DNA from: Pirellulales bacterium
GTDB taxonomy: Bacteria > Planctomycetota > Planctomycetia > Pirellulales > PNKZ01
Assembly: GCA_036272935.1 (NCBI GenBank)
Contig: DATAXP010000075.1
Coordinates: forward strand, 87,085 to 151,084
Length of the DNA stretch: 64,000 bases
Direction of reading: 5' to 3'
Position numbers and translations under genes: made by a program. Below are positions 10,370-20,857 of this stretch, piece after piece. The notes beneath the pieces were generated by a model. The model was not told the DNA's origin and searched no databases. It saw nothing but the letters and a program-made list of their open reading frames with translations. Position 1 is the stretch's first letter. Every line of letters starts with the position of its first letter.

Positions 10370-12412
10370 ATGCTCGAGTTTTGGAGCCGGCTGTTCGATA
10401 CCTCGGGCTTCACGCCGCGCTGGAATTGCGGCACCTGGGACGCCGGCCTGGGCTGGCTGCACATCCTCGCCGACGCCGCCACGTTCGGCGCCTACACCGC
10501 TATTCCGCTGGTGCTGGCCTACTTTATGTTGCATCGGCGCGACGTCCCCTTTCCGCGCGTGTTCTGGCTGTTTGGGCTGTTCATTTTCTCGTGCGGCTTC
10601 GGGCATCTGGTCGAATCGATCATTTTCTGGCATCCGGTGTACCGCTTCTCAGGACTGGTGAAGTTGACGACTGCCAGCGTGTCGTGGGTGACGGTCGTGG
10701 CGCTGGCGCGCGTGATGCCCACCGCACTCGCGCTGCCTGGCTTGAAACGCTTGAACGAAGAGCTGCAAGGCCAGGTGGCCCAGCGCCGCGAGGCCGAACG
10801 CGTGATGCAGGCGGCCAAGGGCACGGCGGTGGCCGCCAACCGTGCCAAGAGCGAGTTCCTGGCCAACATCAGCCACGAGCTGCGCACTCCGATGAACGCC
10901 ATCATCGGCATGACCGAGCTGGCGCTCGAGGAACCGTTGTCGCCGAACGTCCGCGATTGCCTCGGCACCGCCAAGGACTCGGCCGACGTGTTGCTAAGCC
11001 TGCTCAACGAGATTCTCGATTTCTCGCGGATCGAGTCGGGCCGCTTCACGCTCGAGCGCGACGAATTCAAGCTGCGCTCGACGGTCAACGAGACGGTCCG
11101 CACGCTGCGCATTCGCGCCGACAACAAGCGACTGAAGCTCGTGCGCGACGTCAACGACGAGGTGCCTGATCGCCTCGTTGGCGATTCACTTCGCCTGCGG
11201 CAAGTGTTGGCGAACCTCGTCGGAAACGCGATCAAGTTCACCGAGCAGGGCGAAGTGGTGATTGGCGTCGGGGTCGACTCGCAAACTTCGACGGCCACCT
11301 GCCTGAAGTTCTCGGTGCGCGATACCGGCATCGGCATCGCCGCGGAGGACCGCGAGCGGATTTTCGCCCCCTTTACGCAGGCCGACAGTTCGACGACCCG
11401 TATGCACGGTGGCACCGGCCTGGGGCTGACGATCTGCGGCGAGCTGGTGCGGTTGATGGGTGGCCGGATTTGGGTCACCAGCGAGCTGGGGCAAGGCAGC
11501 ACGTTCTGCTTCACCGCCTGGTTCGATCGTGTTGCCGAGCCGCACGGCGCGATGGGGCGCGCAGGCGGAGAACACGCCGCGGCGGCCGAGGCCGACGCCC
11601 CGCCCCGATCGCTGCGCGTGCTGGTGGCCGAAGACGTGCCGGCCAATCAGAAGCTGGTGCGGATGATCTTGCAGAAGCGCGGCCACGAGATCGACGTGGC
11701 CGAGAACGGCAAGCAAGCGCTCGAAATGGTCCGCGCCGGTCGGTACGATGCAGTGCTGATGGACGTGCAGATGCCAGTGGTTGACGGCTTGCAGGCCACT
11801 GCTGCGATTCGCGCCGAGCAGGCGCGAGACGTGCACCGCCTGCCGATCATCGCCATGACTGCCCACGCCATGCGCGGCGACCGCGAGCGCTGCCTGGCGG
11901 CAGGCATGGATGCGTATGTGGCCAAACCGGTCGACAGCGGGCAACTCATCCACTTGATCGAAAAATTCGGCGGCCAGCGTGCCGCTGCGGGCGCGGTAAC
12001 GTTGACCGACAACGCCGTGACAACCAGTACCGAACCTTCCGCCGATACGAATCCGCCTATGCCGCCAGCGATCGAATCGCTCAAGGTGTTCGACGCCGCG
12101 CAGGCGCTGGCCCGCATGGGAGGCAGCCGGCAACTGCTGGCCGAGATGATCGGGTGGTTCCGCGACGACGCCCCGAAGCTGATCGAGGAAATGAGCGCCG
12201 CGGCAGTTGAGCACGACTGGCGACGGCTGGCACGAGTGGCCCATAACCTCAAGGGGCTCGCCTCGAACCTCGATGCCGAACAAGTCATCGCCCTGGCGCG
12301 GCAGATTGAGCAGCAGGCCGACGCCCAGGCGTCGACAGCAATCGGACCGCTGCTCGACCAGCTTCGGCAAACGCTCGACCGGTTGCTGTCGGCGTTGCCC
12401 ACCGAGCCGTAG
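10370..12412 (+). CDS. Hybrid sensor histidine kinase/response regulator with a C-terminal HPt domain (tripartite phosphorelay type)
   Basis: N-terminal multi-TM sensor region. HisKA H-box (SEFLANISHELRTPMNAIIGM). HATPase_c (NLVGNAIKFT…, RDTGIGI…, GGTGLGLTI). REC domain (LRVLVAEDVPANQ…, VLMDVQMPVVDG…, AMTAHAM…, AYVAKP). HPt with the HNLKG motif (ARVAHNLKGLASNL). Confidence 0.9.
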   Translation: MLEFWSRLFDTSGFTPRWNCGTWDAGLGWLHILADAATFGAYTAIPLVLAYFMLHRRDVPFPRVFWLFGLFIFSCGFGHLVESIIFWHPVYRFSGLVKLTTASVSWVTVVALARVMPTALALPGLKRLNEELQGQVAQRREAERVMQAAKGTAVAANRAKSEFLANISHELRTPMNAIIGMTELALEEPLSPNVRDCLGTAKDSADVLLSLLNEILDFSRIESGRFTLERDEFKLRSTVNETVRTLRIRADNKRLKLVRDVNDEVPDRLVGDSLRLRQVLANLVGNAIKFTEQGEVVIGVGVDSQTSTATCLKFSVRDTGIGIAAEDRERIFAPFTQADSSTTRMHGGTGLGLTICGELVRLMGGRIWVTSELGQGSTFCFTAWFDRVAEPHGAMGRAGGEHAAAAEADAPPRSLRVLVAEDVPANQKLVRMILQKRGHEIDVAENGKQALEMVRAGRYDAVLMDVQMPVVDGLQATAAIRAEQARDVHRLPIIAMTAHAMRGDRERCLAAGMDAYVAKPVDSGQLIHLIEKFGGQRAAAGAVTLTDNAVTTSTEPSADTNPPMPPAIESLKVFDAAQALARMGGSRQLLAEMIGWFRDDAPKLIEEMSAAAVEHDWRRLARVAHNLKGLASNLDAEQVIALARQIEQQADAQASTAIGPLLDQLRQTLDRLLSALPTEP

Positions 12413-12453
12413 CCGCGGCGCGTCACCAGTTGGCGCGCCATCACTTTGGCGCC

Positions 12454-13527
12454 TCACGGTTCGGCCAGACTCGCTTCGACCTCGGCGGCGACCGGCGCCA
12501 CCTGTTGACGATATCCCACGAGCGAATCGATCGTGTAGATCACCACCGCAATCCAGATGCACGCGAACGTGACCACTTGCGTGGCCGCGAACGGCTCGCC
12601 GAACACCACAACCGCGACCAGGAATTGCAAGCTCGGCGCGAGATACTGGATCAGGCCCAGCGTCGCCAGCCGCAGCCGCCGCGCTCCCGCGGCAAAGCAC
12701 AACAGCGGCACCGCCGTGACCACGCCGCTGAGCAAGAGCGCGGCGAGCGTCGCGGTGCCGGTGTTCATCGCGGTGCCCTGGCCCCTTGCGCCGAGCCAGA
12801 CCAGATAAGCGATCGCCGAGGGCAGGAGAATGGCCGTTTCGACGAACAACCCCAGCAGCGCATCGGCGGCGACCGTCTTTCGCAGCAGGCCGTACAGCGA
12901 AAACGTCGTCACCAGCGCCAGGGCGATCCAGGGCGTGTGGCCGCTGGCCAGCGTCAGGTTCGCCACTCCAGCCGCGGCCAGCAGCACCGCCAGCCATTGA
13001 GCAGGCCGCAGCCGCTCGCCCAGGAATACCAGCCCGAGCAGCACGTTCGCCAGCGGCGTGATGAAATAGCCCAGGCTGGCTTGCAGCACTTCGCCCCGTG
13101 TGACCGCATCGATGAACGTGAACCAGTTGGCCGCGATGAGCACGGTGCTGGCCACCAGCGTCGCCATCGCCCAACGATTCCGCAGCACCACGGCAAGCTC
13201 GCTCCAGCGGCGAACCACCGCCATCACGCCGAGCAAGAACACGAACGACCACACCACCCGGTGGGCCAGCACTTCGGTCGGCGCGATCGCCACCAGCAGC
13301 TTGAAATACAGCGGGATCAGGCCCCACGCGCCGTACGCAGCCACGGCGAACCACAACCCCCGCCGAGCGGACTCTCGTTCATCCTCGTTCACGCGATCGC
13401 GCCTTGTGCCGGAAGATGCCGCGATGCTAGGCGATGCCGCGTGGTGCCACAAGCGGGCAGAGAGATGAACCAAAAAGACACTAAGTACACGAAGAAGAAT
13501 CAGAAGTTCGCCTGCATGCTGATCCAC
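12454..13527 (-). CDS. rarD: RarD-type EamA/DMT-family permease
   Basis: Ten hydrophobic helices. The RarD N-terminal signature is conserved (…GLWFAVAAYGAWGLIPLYFKLL…). The track start at 13527 is probably too long; an in-frame GTG at 13390-13392 (VNEDERES…) gives about 312 aa, which fits RarD. Confidence 0.75.
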   Translation of the reverse strand: MDQHAGELLILLRVLSVFLVHLSARLWHHAASPSIAASSGTRRDRVNEDERESARRGLWFAVAAYGAWGLIPLYFKLLVAIAPTEVLAHRVVWSFVFLLGVMAVVRRWSELAVVLRNRWAMATLVASTVLIAANWFTFIDAVTRGEVLQASLGYFITPLANVLLGLVFLGERLRPAQWLAVLLAAAGVANLTLASGHTPWIALALVTTFSLYGLLRKTVAADALLGLFVETAILLPSAIAYLVWLGARGQGTAMNTGTATLAALLLSGVVTAVPLLCFAAGARRLRLATLGLIQYLAPSLQFLVAVVVFGEPFAATQVVTFACIWIAVVIYTIDSLVGYRQQVAPVAAEVEASLAEP

Positions 13528-13586
13528 GACCTTTGTGATCTTCGTGTCTTAGTGGTTTTCTCGCGCCGTCCGGGTGATAAAATAAC

Positions 13587-14351
13587 TTGATGCCCTCCGT
13601 CGGTCTGTTCATTCCCTGCTACGTCGATCAGTTCTATCCGCGCGTGGGGCTCGCCACCGTTGAGCTACTCGAACGCTTCGGCTGCCAGGTCGAGTTCCCC
13701 GAGGCTCAAACGTGTTGCGGCCAGCCGATGGCCAACACCGGCTGCGCGGACCTCGTGGCTCCGATAGCCCGGCGGTTCGTCGAGATTTTCGCCCCGTACG
13801 ACTACGTGGTCTGCCCTTCGGGAAGCTGTGTGTCAATGGTCCGCAACCACTATGGCGAATACTTCGATCATGATCCGACCTTTGAACGGTTGCGGCCGCG
13901 CGTGATGGAGCTGTGCGAATTCCTGACCGAGGTGCTCGGCATCGAGCGCGTCGAAGGGCGATTCCCGCACCGTGTCGGCCTGCACCAAAGCTGCCACGGG
14001 TTGCGCGAGCTGCGGCTGGCCAGCTCGAGCGAAATCGTCGGCCCGGCGCACAACCGCACGCGACGGCTGCTGGAATCGCTCGAGGGAATCGAGCTCTCCG
14101 AGCTGAAGCGGCCCGACGAGTGCTGCGGGTTCGGCGGCACGTTTGCCGTGGCCGAGGAGGCGGTGTCGTGCATGATGGGGCTCGACCGGATCGCCGACCA
14201 CGAGCAAGCCGGTACCGAAGTGCTCACCGGCAACGACATGTCGTGCCTCATGCACCTGGAGGGATTGTTGCGGCGGCAACACAAACCGATCCGCGTGATG
14301 CACGTAGCCGAGATTCTGCAGAGCGCGATGCTCGCGGGTGCCGCCACGTGA
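13587..14351 (+). CDS. lutA: Lactate utilisation protein A (LutA/YkgE), Fe-S oxidoreductase with two CCG cysteine-rich domains
   Basis: 254 aa with two CCG-type motifs (…QTCCGQP… and …DECCGFGG…), matching LutA/GlcF/heterodisulfide-reductase-like subunits. First gene of a lutABC arrangement. Confidence 0.85.
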   Translation: MMPSVGLFIPCYVDQFYPRVGLATVELLERFGCQVEFPEAQTCCGQPMANTGCADLVAPIARRFVEIFAPYDYVVCPSGSCVSMVRNHYGEYFDHDPTFERLRPRVMELCEFLTEVLGIERVEGRFPHRVGLHQSCHGLRELRLASSSEIVGPAHNRTRRLLESLEGIELSELKRPDECCGFGGTFAVAEEAVSCMMGLDRIADHEQAGTEVLTGNDMSCLMHLEGLLRRQHKPIRVMHVAEILQSAMLAGAAT

Positions 14352-15748
14352 CGACGCACGCATCGCATACGACAGACCATGCGCCTCAGGCGGCGTTGTT
14401 CGTCGCCGACGACAAGCGCGCCCACTGGCACGACGGCGCGCTGTGGTTCGTGCGCGCCAAGCGCGACCGTGCCGCGCAGGCCCTGCCCGAGTGGGAACGA
14501 CTGCGCGAAACCGCCTCGCAGATCAAGCTGCACACGCTGTCGCGCCTGGCCGAGTATCTGGAACAATTCGAAGCCAGCGCCCACCGCCTCGGCGCAACGG
14601 TGCACTGGGCCCGCGACGCCGCCGAACACAACGAGATCGTGCTCTCCATTCTTCAGCGCCACGGCGCGCGGCGGCTGGTCAAAAGCAAGTCGATGCTCAC
14701 CGAGGAATGCCACCTGAATCCGTTCCTCGAGCGGCACGGCATCAGCGTGGTCGATACCGATCTGGGCGAGCGGATTGTGCAACTGGCCGGCGAACCACCC
14801 AGCCACATCGTCCTGCCGGCCATCCATCGCACCAAGGAAGACGTGGGGCGCATCTTCCACGAGCATCTGCACACCGAGGAGGGAGCCAGCGATCCGAAGT
14901 ACCTGGCCGAGGCGGCCCGGCAACATCTGCGCGAGAAGTTTCTCGAGGCCGACGCCGCGCTCACCGGTGTGAACTTTGCCGTGGCCGAGACCGGAGGCTT
15001 CGTCGTCTGCACGAACGAAGGAAATGCCGACCTCGGCGTGTCGCTGCCGAAGCTGCACATCGCCTCGATGGGAATCGAAAAGCTGGTGCCGTGTGCCGAG
15101 CATCTGGGCGTGTTCTTGCGATTGCTGGCCCGCTCGGCCACGGGGCAGCCGATCACCACCTATTCATCACACTTTCACGGACCGGTGTCCGGCGGCGAGC
15201 TGCACATCGTGCTGGTCGACAACGGCCGCACGCCGATCATGGGCAGCGACGAGTTCCGCCGCTCGTTGAGTTGCATCCGTTGCGGTGCGTGCATGAACAC
15301 CTGCCCCGTGTACCGTCGCAGCGGCGGACATAGTTACAGCGCGACAGTGCCGGGGCCGATCGGCAGCATCCTTTCGCCGGCACGCGATGCCCGGGCGCAC
15401 GGCAGCCTGCCGTTCGCGTGCAGCCTGTGCGGCTCGTGTACCGACGTTTGCCCGGTGAAGATCGACCTGCATCACCAGTTGCTCGCCTGGCGGCACGAGA
15501 TCGCAGCCCGCGGGTTGTTGCCTATCTCCAAGAAACTGCCGATGCGCCTGGCGAGCATCGTGCTTGGCCATCGCTGGCTGTACGAGCTGTCCGGCCGCAT
15601 CGGGCGCTGGATCATGCCGAAGCTGCCGCGCTGGATGATCTACAATCGGTTCAACGCTTGGGGACGGCAGCGCGAGTTGCCCGAGCCGCCGCGCGAAAGT
15701 TTCCGGGAGCGGTACCGGCGGCGCAACGGATCGGCGCATGGCAAGTAA
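14348..15748 (+). CDS. lutB: Lactate utilisation protein B (LutB/YkgF), LUD-domain 4Fe-4S protein
   Basis: The track ORF (13913..15748) runs through lutA in another frame. The real start is the GTG at 14348, overlapping the lutA stop (GTGA). It carries a ferredoxin-type cysteine motif (CIRCGACMNTCPVY) and a second cluster motif (CSLCGSCTDVCPV) next to a LUD/DUF162 domain. Confidence 0.85.
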   Translation: MTTHASHTTDHAPQAALFVADDKRAHWHDGALWFVRAKRDRAAQALPEWERLRETASQIKLHTLSRLAEYLEQFEASAHRLGATVHWARDAAEHNEIVLSILQRHGARRLVKSKSMLTEECHLNPFLERHGISVVDTDLGERIVQLAGEPPSHIVLPAIHRTKEDVGRIFHEHLHTEEGASDPKYLAEAARQHLREKFLEADAALTGVNFAVAETGGFVVCTNEGNADLGVSLPKLHIASMGIEKLVPCAEHLGVFLRLLARSATGQPITTYSSHFHGPVSGGELHIVLVDNGRTPIMGSDEFRRSLSCIRCGACMNTCPVYRRSGGHSYSATVPGPIGSILSPARDARAHGSLPFACSLCGSCTDVCPVKIDLHHQLLAWRHEIAARGLLPISKKLPMRLASIVLGHRWLYELSGRIGRWIMPKLPRWMIYNRFNAWGRQRELPEPPRESFRERYRRRNGSAHGK

Positions 15749-16334
15749 GAGTAAAGACGACATTCTTGCCGCCGTGCGGCGACAGCGCGTGCCGGAAACA
15801 CCGTTGCCCAGTCTCGACGGGCCGTGGATCGCGTATCCCGATCGGGCGGCACAGTTCGCGGCGATGCTCGAGTTCGTCGGCGGCTGCTGCGTGCGCGTCG
15901 AAGGCGTTGAGCAGCTCAACGCCCAGTTGGCCGAACTGCCTGTTTGGAACGACGCCAAGAAAACGGTGTCGCTGGTCGAAGGGGTGGGCCGATCGACGTT
16001 CGACCTCGCGGCGGTGGCCGATCCGCATGAGCTGGAAGACGTCGATTTCGCGATCCTGCCGGGGCAGTTTGGCGTGGCCGAGAATGGCGCGGTGTGGATC
16101 GACGACCGCAACCTGCGGCATCGCGTGCTGCCGTTCATCGTGCAGCATTTGGCACTGGTGGTTCGGGCCGGCGAGCTGATCGACACGATGCACGCCGCCT
16201 ACGAGCGGCTGCGGTTCGATGGCCCGGGCTTCGGCGTGTTCATCTCGGGCCCCTCAAAGACCGCCGACATCGAACAATCGCTGGTGATCGGCGCCCATGG
16301 GCCGCGCTCGCTGACCGTGTTCTTGATGGTTTAG
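15738..16334 (+). CDS. lutC: Lactate utilisation protein C (LutC/YkgG), LUD domain
   Basis: 198 aa whose ATG overlaps the lutB end by 11 nt. LUD/DUF162-type sequence (…FAILPGQFGVAENGAVWI…) and third position in the lutABC order. Confidence 0.8.
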   Translation: MASKSKDDILAAVRRQRVPETPLPSLDGPWIAYPDRAAQFAAMLEFVGGCCVRVEGVEQLNAQLAELPVWNDAKKTVSLVEGVGRSTFDLAAVADPHELEDVDFAILPGQFGVAENGAVWIDDRNLRHRVLPFIVQHLALVVRAGELIDTMHAAYERLRFDGPGFGVFISGPSKTADIEQSLVIGAHGPRSLTVFLMV

Positions 16335-16613
16335 CCGGCGACCTTGGTCGCCGCGCCTCCGCCCAGTCCGCCGCCAACGTTTTCGGCAACTGCTGCCCCT
16401 TTCTTCGGCAGGCTACGGGCCCCCGCGGAAGGATGCGACCATTGCCGCATTTTTCTCTTTGAACGTAAACCTAATCTCGATTTGTTGTTATGAGTTTTCG
16501 CGGCTTATCGGCTTTCGCCCAGAACCGATCTTGGCACGGCGGTTGTTCTTACGGCTTCGCGCGTCTCGAAACCGTCAAACCCTCCGGGCGGCAGGAACGC
16601 CGCCGCGACGCCA

Positions 16614-17537
16614 ATGATCAGGACGACCTTACTTGTGACGGCAGTGCTTTGGGCGCTCGCCGCGACGGCTTCGGCCGAGTGTACTTGTGCGACACCAGGG
16701 TGTACGGGGCATACCAGTTGGCAAAGCGGCTCGTGGCGGCTCGTCCAGACCGCCAACTTCCGCGTCTGTGTCCTGGCCACCGAAGCAGAGGCCCTAAGCC
16801 TCGCCATCTCGTGCGAGCAGCTTCGGGGACACCTCTGCGACAAATGGCTCGGCCCATTCGGCGTCGACGCAGCCGTGCAAACCTGGTCGCCGAAATGTTA
16901 CGTGGTCGTGCATCCGACGGCCGAAAGTTATCTGCGTGAAGTCGGGCCGGGACAACAGACGGCCGGTTCCTCACTGATCGAACTCGGCACCCAATCGGTC
17001 GCCGCCCGTCGGATCGATCTGCGGGCCGACCATCCCGAAGGATACCGCGACGCCCTGGCCCACGAGATGACGCATGTCGTGGTGGCCGAGCGCTTTGTTG
17101 AACGTCAGATTCCGCGCTGGGCCGACGAGGGGATGGCGGTGCTCGCCGATTCGCAGGCGAAGCAATTGGCCCACCTGGTCGACCTGCACGATGCCCATCA
17201 CCGTGGACGCACCTTCCGGCTGGCCGAGCTTTTTGCCCTGCAAGAATATCCGACGCCCGATCAGCAGGCGGTCTTTTACGGCCAGAGCATTTCGCTGGCG
17301 AAGTACCTGGTCGAGCGCGGCTCGGCCGAGCAGTTCGTGCGGTTCGTCGAGCTGGCCACGCACAGCGGTTACGATACGGCCGCGCGGTCGGTGTACGGAT
17401 TCGAAAGCGTCGGCGATCTGGAACGGCAATGGCGAGTTCATCTTGCCTCGCCGCGGGCCCGCATGGCGAGCGACGACAAGCCGCCGTCGCGGAACACGCC
17501 GCTGATCGGCCGGCAGGTATCGCTGGTGCGCCAGTAA
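16614..17537 (+). CDS. Secreted protein with an HExxH zinc-metallopeptidase motif (MA-clan-like); unknown family
   Basis: Signal peptide (MIRTTLLVTAVLWALAATASA), a cysteine-rich N-terminus, then HEMTH (…LAHEMTHVVVAE…) with a downstream acidic residue (WADEGMA). Confidence 0.5.
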   Translation: MIRTTLLVTAVLWALAATASAECTCATPGCTGHTSWQSGSWRLVQTANFRVCVLATEAEALSLAISCEQLRGHLCDKWLGPFGVDAAVQTWSPKCYVVVHPTAESYLREVGPGQQTAGSSLIELGTQSVAARRIDLRADHPEGYRDALAHEMTHVVVAERFVERQIPRWADEGMAVLADSQAKQLAHLVDLHDAHHRGRTFRLAELFALQEYPTPDQQAVFYGQSISLAKYLVERGSAEQFVRFVELATHSGYDTAARSVYGFESVGDLERQWRVHLASPRARMASDDKPPSRNTPLIGRQVSLVRQ

Positions 17538-17575
17538 GCCGGATGATTCAACGGAAGAATCCGGCCTAGGCCGAC

Positions 17576-18556
17576 CTATTTCTTCTGCCACACGTCGCCC
17601 GTTTCGAGCACGCTGCGGACGGCGTCGCTGTTGAGCCATTGCCGTGCCTCGGCGTCGTTGCGCAGATAGGCATCCCAAAACGCCGTCGTGATGGCCAGCA
17701 CCGCGCGGTGATGGTTCGGATTCCGCGGCTTCGATTCACCCGGCAAAGTGCGATCGCTGAAAGCGGAGTGTTCGGCGTTTTCGAGCACAAGCTGGTACTT
17801 CTCCCCGGTCGGCAAGGCCTCATACACCGCCAGCCGCTCTTTCGGGTCGGTGTCGCTGATCGGGCTGCCATCGTTGGTGCCAGTGAGCAGCAGCCACGGA
17901 ATCTTCACGTCGCCAAAGGCCTTGTTGTTGTCGCCGATCCGCGCCTGGCTGGGACTCATCAACACCGCGGCCTTGATGCGCGGATCGGTGATCGGCTTGC
18001 CGACGGGGAACTTTTGGCCGCTTACCGCCTGCGTGGTCACCGCGCCGAACGAATGCCCCGACATGCCGACATGTGCCAGATCGAGTCGACCGTGCAGTGC
18101 GTGATCGTCGGCATCGTTCCAACGCGCAAGCTGGTCGAGCACCGCGGGAATGTCTCGCACACGGAGCTGGAAGTTGGCGAAGCTCGCCGCTTTTTTCAAG
18201 GCGGTCATCCGCTCGCTCAGCGGCGCCTCTTGCCAAACCTGGCTATCACTTCCGGCATGCTGCACGTAGACGACAACGTAGCCGCGCGCGGCCCAGTGCT
18301 TGCCGAGATACGCGCTCCCCACGCGCGAACCACCCAGCCCGTGGCTGAACAGCACGACCGGGGCAGGAGCTTTTTCCTTTGGCAGGTACACGCGAATCGG
18401 AATCGTGCGCGAGCGGGTTTCGTCAACGACGTCCAGATCGATCGGCTCCGGTGTGCTCTGGTCGATTGCCAGCGGATCGTAGGCCGCCTCGAGCCGCGGC
18501 GCGGCACCAAATACGATAGCCGCGATCACCAGGACAAAGCTGCACAGCACTCGCAT
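17576..18556 (-). CDS. Secreted alpha/beta-hydrolase (PAF-acetylhydrolase-like or dienelactone-hydrolase-like)
   Basis: Signal peptide and a GxSxG nucleophile elbow (HVGMSGHSFGA) in an alpha/beta-hydrolase-fold sequence (…VVLFSHGLGGSR…). Confidence 0.75.
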   Translation of the reverse strand: MRVLCSFVLVIAAIVFGAAPRLEAAYDPLAIDQSTPEPIDLDVVDETRSRTIPIRVYLPKEKAPAPVVLFSHGLGGSRVGSAYLGKHWAARGYVVVYVQHAGSDSQVWQEAPLSERMTALKKAASFANFQLRVRDIPAVLDQLARWNDADDHALHGRLDLAHVGMSGHSFGAVTTQAVSGQKFPVGKPITDPRIKAAVLMSPSQARIGDNNKAFGDVKIPWLLLTGTNDGSPISDTDPKERLAVYEALPTGEKYQLVLENAEHSAFSDRTLPGESKPRNPNHHRAVLAITTAFWDAYLRNDAEARQWLNSDAVRSVLETGDVWQKK

Positions 18557-18732
18557 GATCGATCTCCGTTGCCGAAATCAATTGCCGCCGCACGAATTCA
18601 AACCCCACCGACGCAGACTAGTTTCGCATGCGATCTTTCCATATACCACGGCAGACGCTTGATAAGCATAGCGCGATGATTCAGAATCGGGAGCGTTCTT
18701 CCTTCCCCGCACGTCCCGCCTGGAGCCCCGCC

Positions 18733-20133
18733 ATGCCGCGCTCGTGGATCGTCGCCATTGCCTGCCTGTTCACGATCGCCGGTGCCCTGCTGTTCTCGGC
18801 CCAGTCGCTGTCGGCCCAGAACATTCCGCCCACCGGGTTCGTCGCCTTGTTCAATGGCACCGACATGGCCGGTTGGCATGGCATGGGGACCTTCGACATC
18901 CGCAAGTACGCCGCGATGAGCGACGAGGAACGTGCCGCGAAACTAGCAGCCGACCTGACTGATATGCAAGCGCACTGGAAGGTCGAGGACGGTGAACTGG
19001 TCAACGACGGCAAGGGAATGTACGCCACGACCGACAAGGACTACGGCGACGTCGAGATGCTGGTCGACTGGAAGATGTTGCCGCTGGGCGATAGCGGCGT
19101 GTATCTGCGCGGCACGCCGCAGGTGCAAATCTGGGACTACACGCCTCAAAGCAAGAGCTGGGAGCGCGGCGCGAGCAAGGGGTCGGGCGGATTGTTCAAC
19201 AACAATCTCGGCTCGCCTGGCCGCGATCCGCTGGTGTTGGCCGACAAGCCATTTGACGAGTGGAACAACTTCCGCATCACGCTCACCGGCGCCCGCACTA
19301 CCGTGATCTTCAACGACAAACTGGTCGTTGACCATGCGAACTGGGAGAACTACTTCGACCGACCGACGCCAAAGCTTCCCGATGGTCCCGATTACGATCC
19401 GGTCCGCCAGGCGATCCACAAGGCCGGCAACTCGGCGAACCCGCTGTTCGCCACCGGGCCGATCCAGTTGCAGACGCACGGCTCGGAGATTCGCTGGCGG
19501 AACGTGTTCGTGCGCGAGATTCCTGCCGACGAGGCCAATGGCATTCTCGCCAAGGATGGCGACGATGGCTTTGAAACGATCTTCAACGGCCGCGATTTCA
19601 CCGGCTGGTCGGGCGACACCGAAAACTACGAGATCGTCGACGGAGCGATCGTCTGCAAGGAAAAGAAAGGTGGCAACGTCTTCACCTCCGCCGAGTACGG
19701 CGACTTCGTGGTGCGGCTCGAATTCAAGTTGCCACCGGGAGGGAACAACGGCCTGGCGATTCGCTATCCCGGTTCAGGCCGCCCGGCGTACGATGGCATG
19801 TGCGAAATCCAGGTGCTCGACACCGAGCATCCGCGCTACGAGAAGATCGATCCTCGCCAGGCGCATGGGTCGGTGTACGGCATGATTCCGGCGCATCGCG
19901 GCTACCTGCGCCCCGTGGGCGAGTGGAACTTCCAAGAAGTGACGGTCAAAGGTCCGACGATCAAGGTCGAGTTGAACGGCTCGCCGATTCTCGAAGGGGA
20001 CGTGAGCAAGGTGACCGACTTCATGCACGGCACCGATCATCCCGGTCTCACGCGCACCACCGGGCATTTTGGTTTTGCCGGGCACAACGAACCGGTGGCC
20101 TTCCGCAACATTCGCATCAAGCGACTCGATTGA
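18733..20133 (+). CDS. Secreted protein with two tandem DUF1080 (LamG-like jelly-roll, 3-keto-disaccharide-hydrolase family) domains
   Basis: The track ORF starts at 18628. The in-frame ATG at 18733 gives a clean signal peptide (MPRSWIVAIACLFTIAGALLFSAQSLSAQN). Two repeats of the DUF1080 pattern (…FNGTDMAGWH…WKVEDGELVN… and …FNGRDFTGWSGDTENYEIVDGAIVC…). Confidence 0.8.
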   Translation: MPRSWIVAIACLFTIAGALLFSAQSLSAQNIPPTGFVALFNGTDMAGWHGMGTFDIRKYAAMSDEERAAKLAADLTDMQAHWKVEDGELVNDGKGMYATTDKDYGDVEMLVDWKMLPLGDSGVYLRGTPQVQIWDYTPQSKSWERGASKGSGGLFNNNLGSPGRDPLVLADKPFDEWNNFRITLTGARTTVIFNDKLVVDHANWENYFDRPTPKLPDGPDYDPVRQAIHKAGNSANPLFATGPIQLQTHGSEIRWRNVFVREIPADEANGILAKDGDDGFETIFNGRDFTGWSGDTENYEIVDGAIVCKEKKGGNVFTSAEYGDFVVRLEFKLPPGGNNGLAIRYPGSGRPAYDGMCEIQVLDTEHPRYEKIDPRQAHGSVYGMIPAHRGYLRPVGEWNFQEVTVKGPTIKVELNGSPILEGDVSKVTDFMHGTDHPGLTRTTGHFGFAGHNEPVAFRNIRIKRLD

Positions 20134-20803
20134 CGGTTCGTTCGTCGTCGGCGGCCGCCGAGAAGTTGTACGCGAAGCCGAAAAAGTCGCGAAGCAGCGA
20201 AGCGGTTAAAAGATTTGCCACCTTGTACTTCACGGCGGTGATCTGGGGGACGACCTGCCGCGGCTCGAAGCCGCTCGATTCCAGCAACTCGCAAATGGTG
20301 CTGCGCGTGAAGAATCTCAGGTGGGTCCAATCCATGATTCCTTGGTCCTCGTATTTCCATTTGCCAGTGCACAGCAGCGGCAGCAGCACGCTTACGTGGC
20401 GCACGTTGGGCAGTGCGCCGATGAGCTGGCCCCCAGGAGCGGTCAGTTTCCGTAACTTTCTCAATACGGCCCAAGGATCGCTAACGTGCTCAAGAACAAA
20501 ACTCGCAATCACGAGGTCGAATGATTGTTCCGGCCAAGGAAGCTCCTCAGATTCGATGTCGCCGGTCACCACCTCGTCAACATCCGCGTTACGCCGTGCC
20601 TCTTCGGCCACTCCGGGAAAGATTTCGACGCCGGCGACAAATTCGGCGCCGCGTCGCTTGAAATGGCTTAAGACACGACCCGTCGCGCATCCGACATCGA
20701 GTACCCGTTTGGGCGTGCCACTGACAAGCGACACCAACGGCATCCTCAAGCGATTGAAGTAGTCGCCTTGGACCGTGAATTCGGAGTTCAGCATCGCTCG
20801 CAC
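20117..20803 (-). CDS. Class I SAM-dependent methyltransferase
   Basis: Motif I (VLDVGCATGR) and the downstream acidic and motif II/III regions (…FDLVIASFVLEHV…, …LTAPGGQLI…). Its 3' end overlaps the convergent DUF1080 gene by 17 nt. Confidence 0.8.
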   Translation of the reverse strand: MRAMLNSEFTVQGDYFNRLRMPLVSLVSGTPKRVLDVGCATGRVLSHFKRRGAEFVAGVEIFPGVAEEARRNADVDEVVTGDIESEELPWPEQSFDLVIASFVLEHVSDPWAVLRKLRKLTAPGGQLIGALPNVRHVSVLLPLLCTGKWKYEDQGIMDWTHLRFFTRSTICELLESSGFEPRQVVPQITAVKYKVANLLTASLLRDFFGFAYNFSAAADDERTVNRVA

Positions 20804-20857
20804 TGCCCGGGGGACAGAGGCATCCTGGGAACGTCACCTTCCACGATAATCCCTGGC

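Noticed and set aside
10519-13354. Minus-strand ORFs 10519..11646 and 11186..13354
   Set aside because: They lie opposite the hybrid histidine kinase, and partly rarD, which have clear catalytic motifs. The translations are low-complexity Arg/Ala/Gly.
13868-15103. 411-aa minus-strand ORF
   Set aside because: Antisense to lutA/lutB, whose CCG and ferredoxin motifs are clear.
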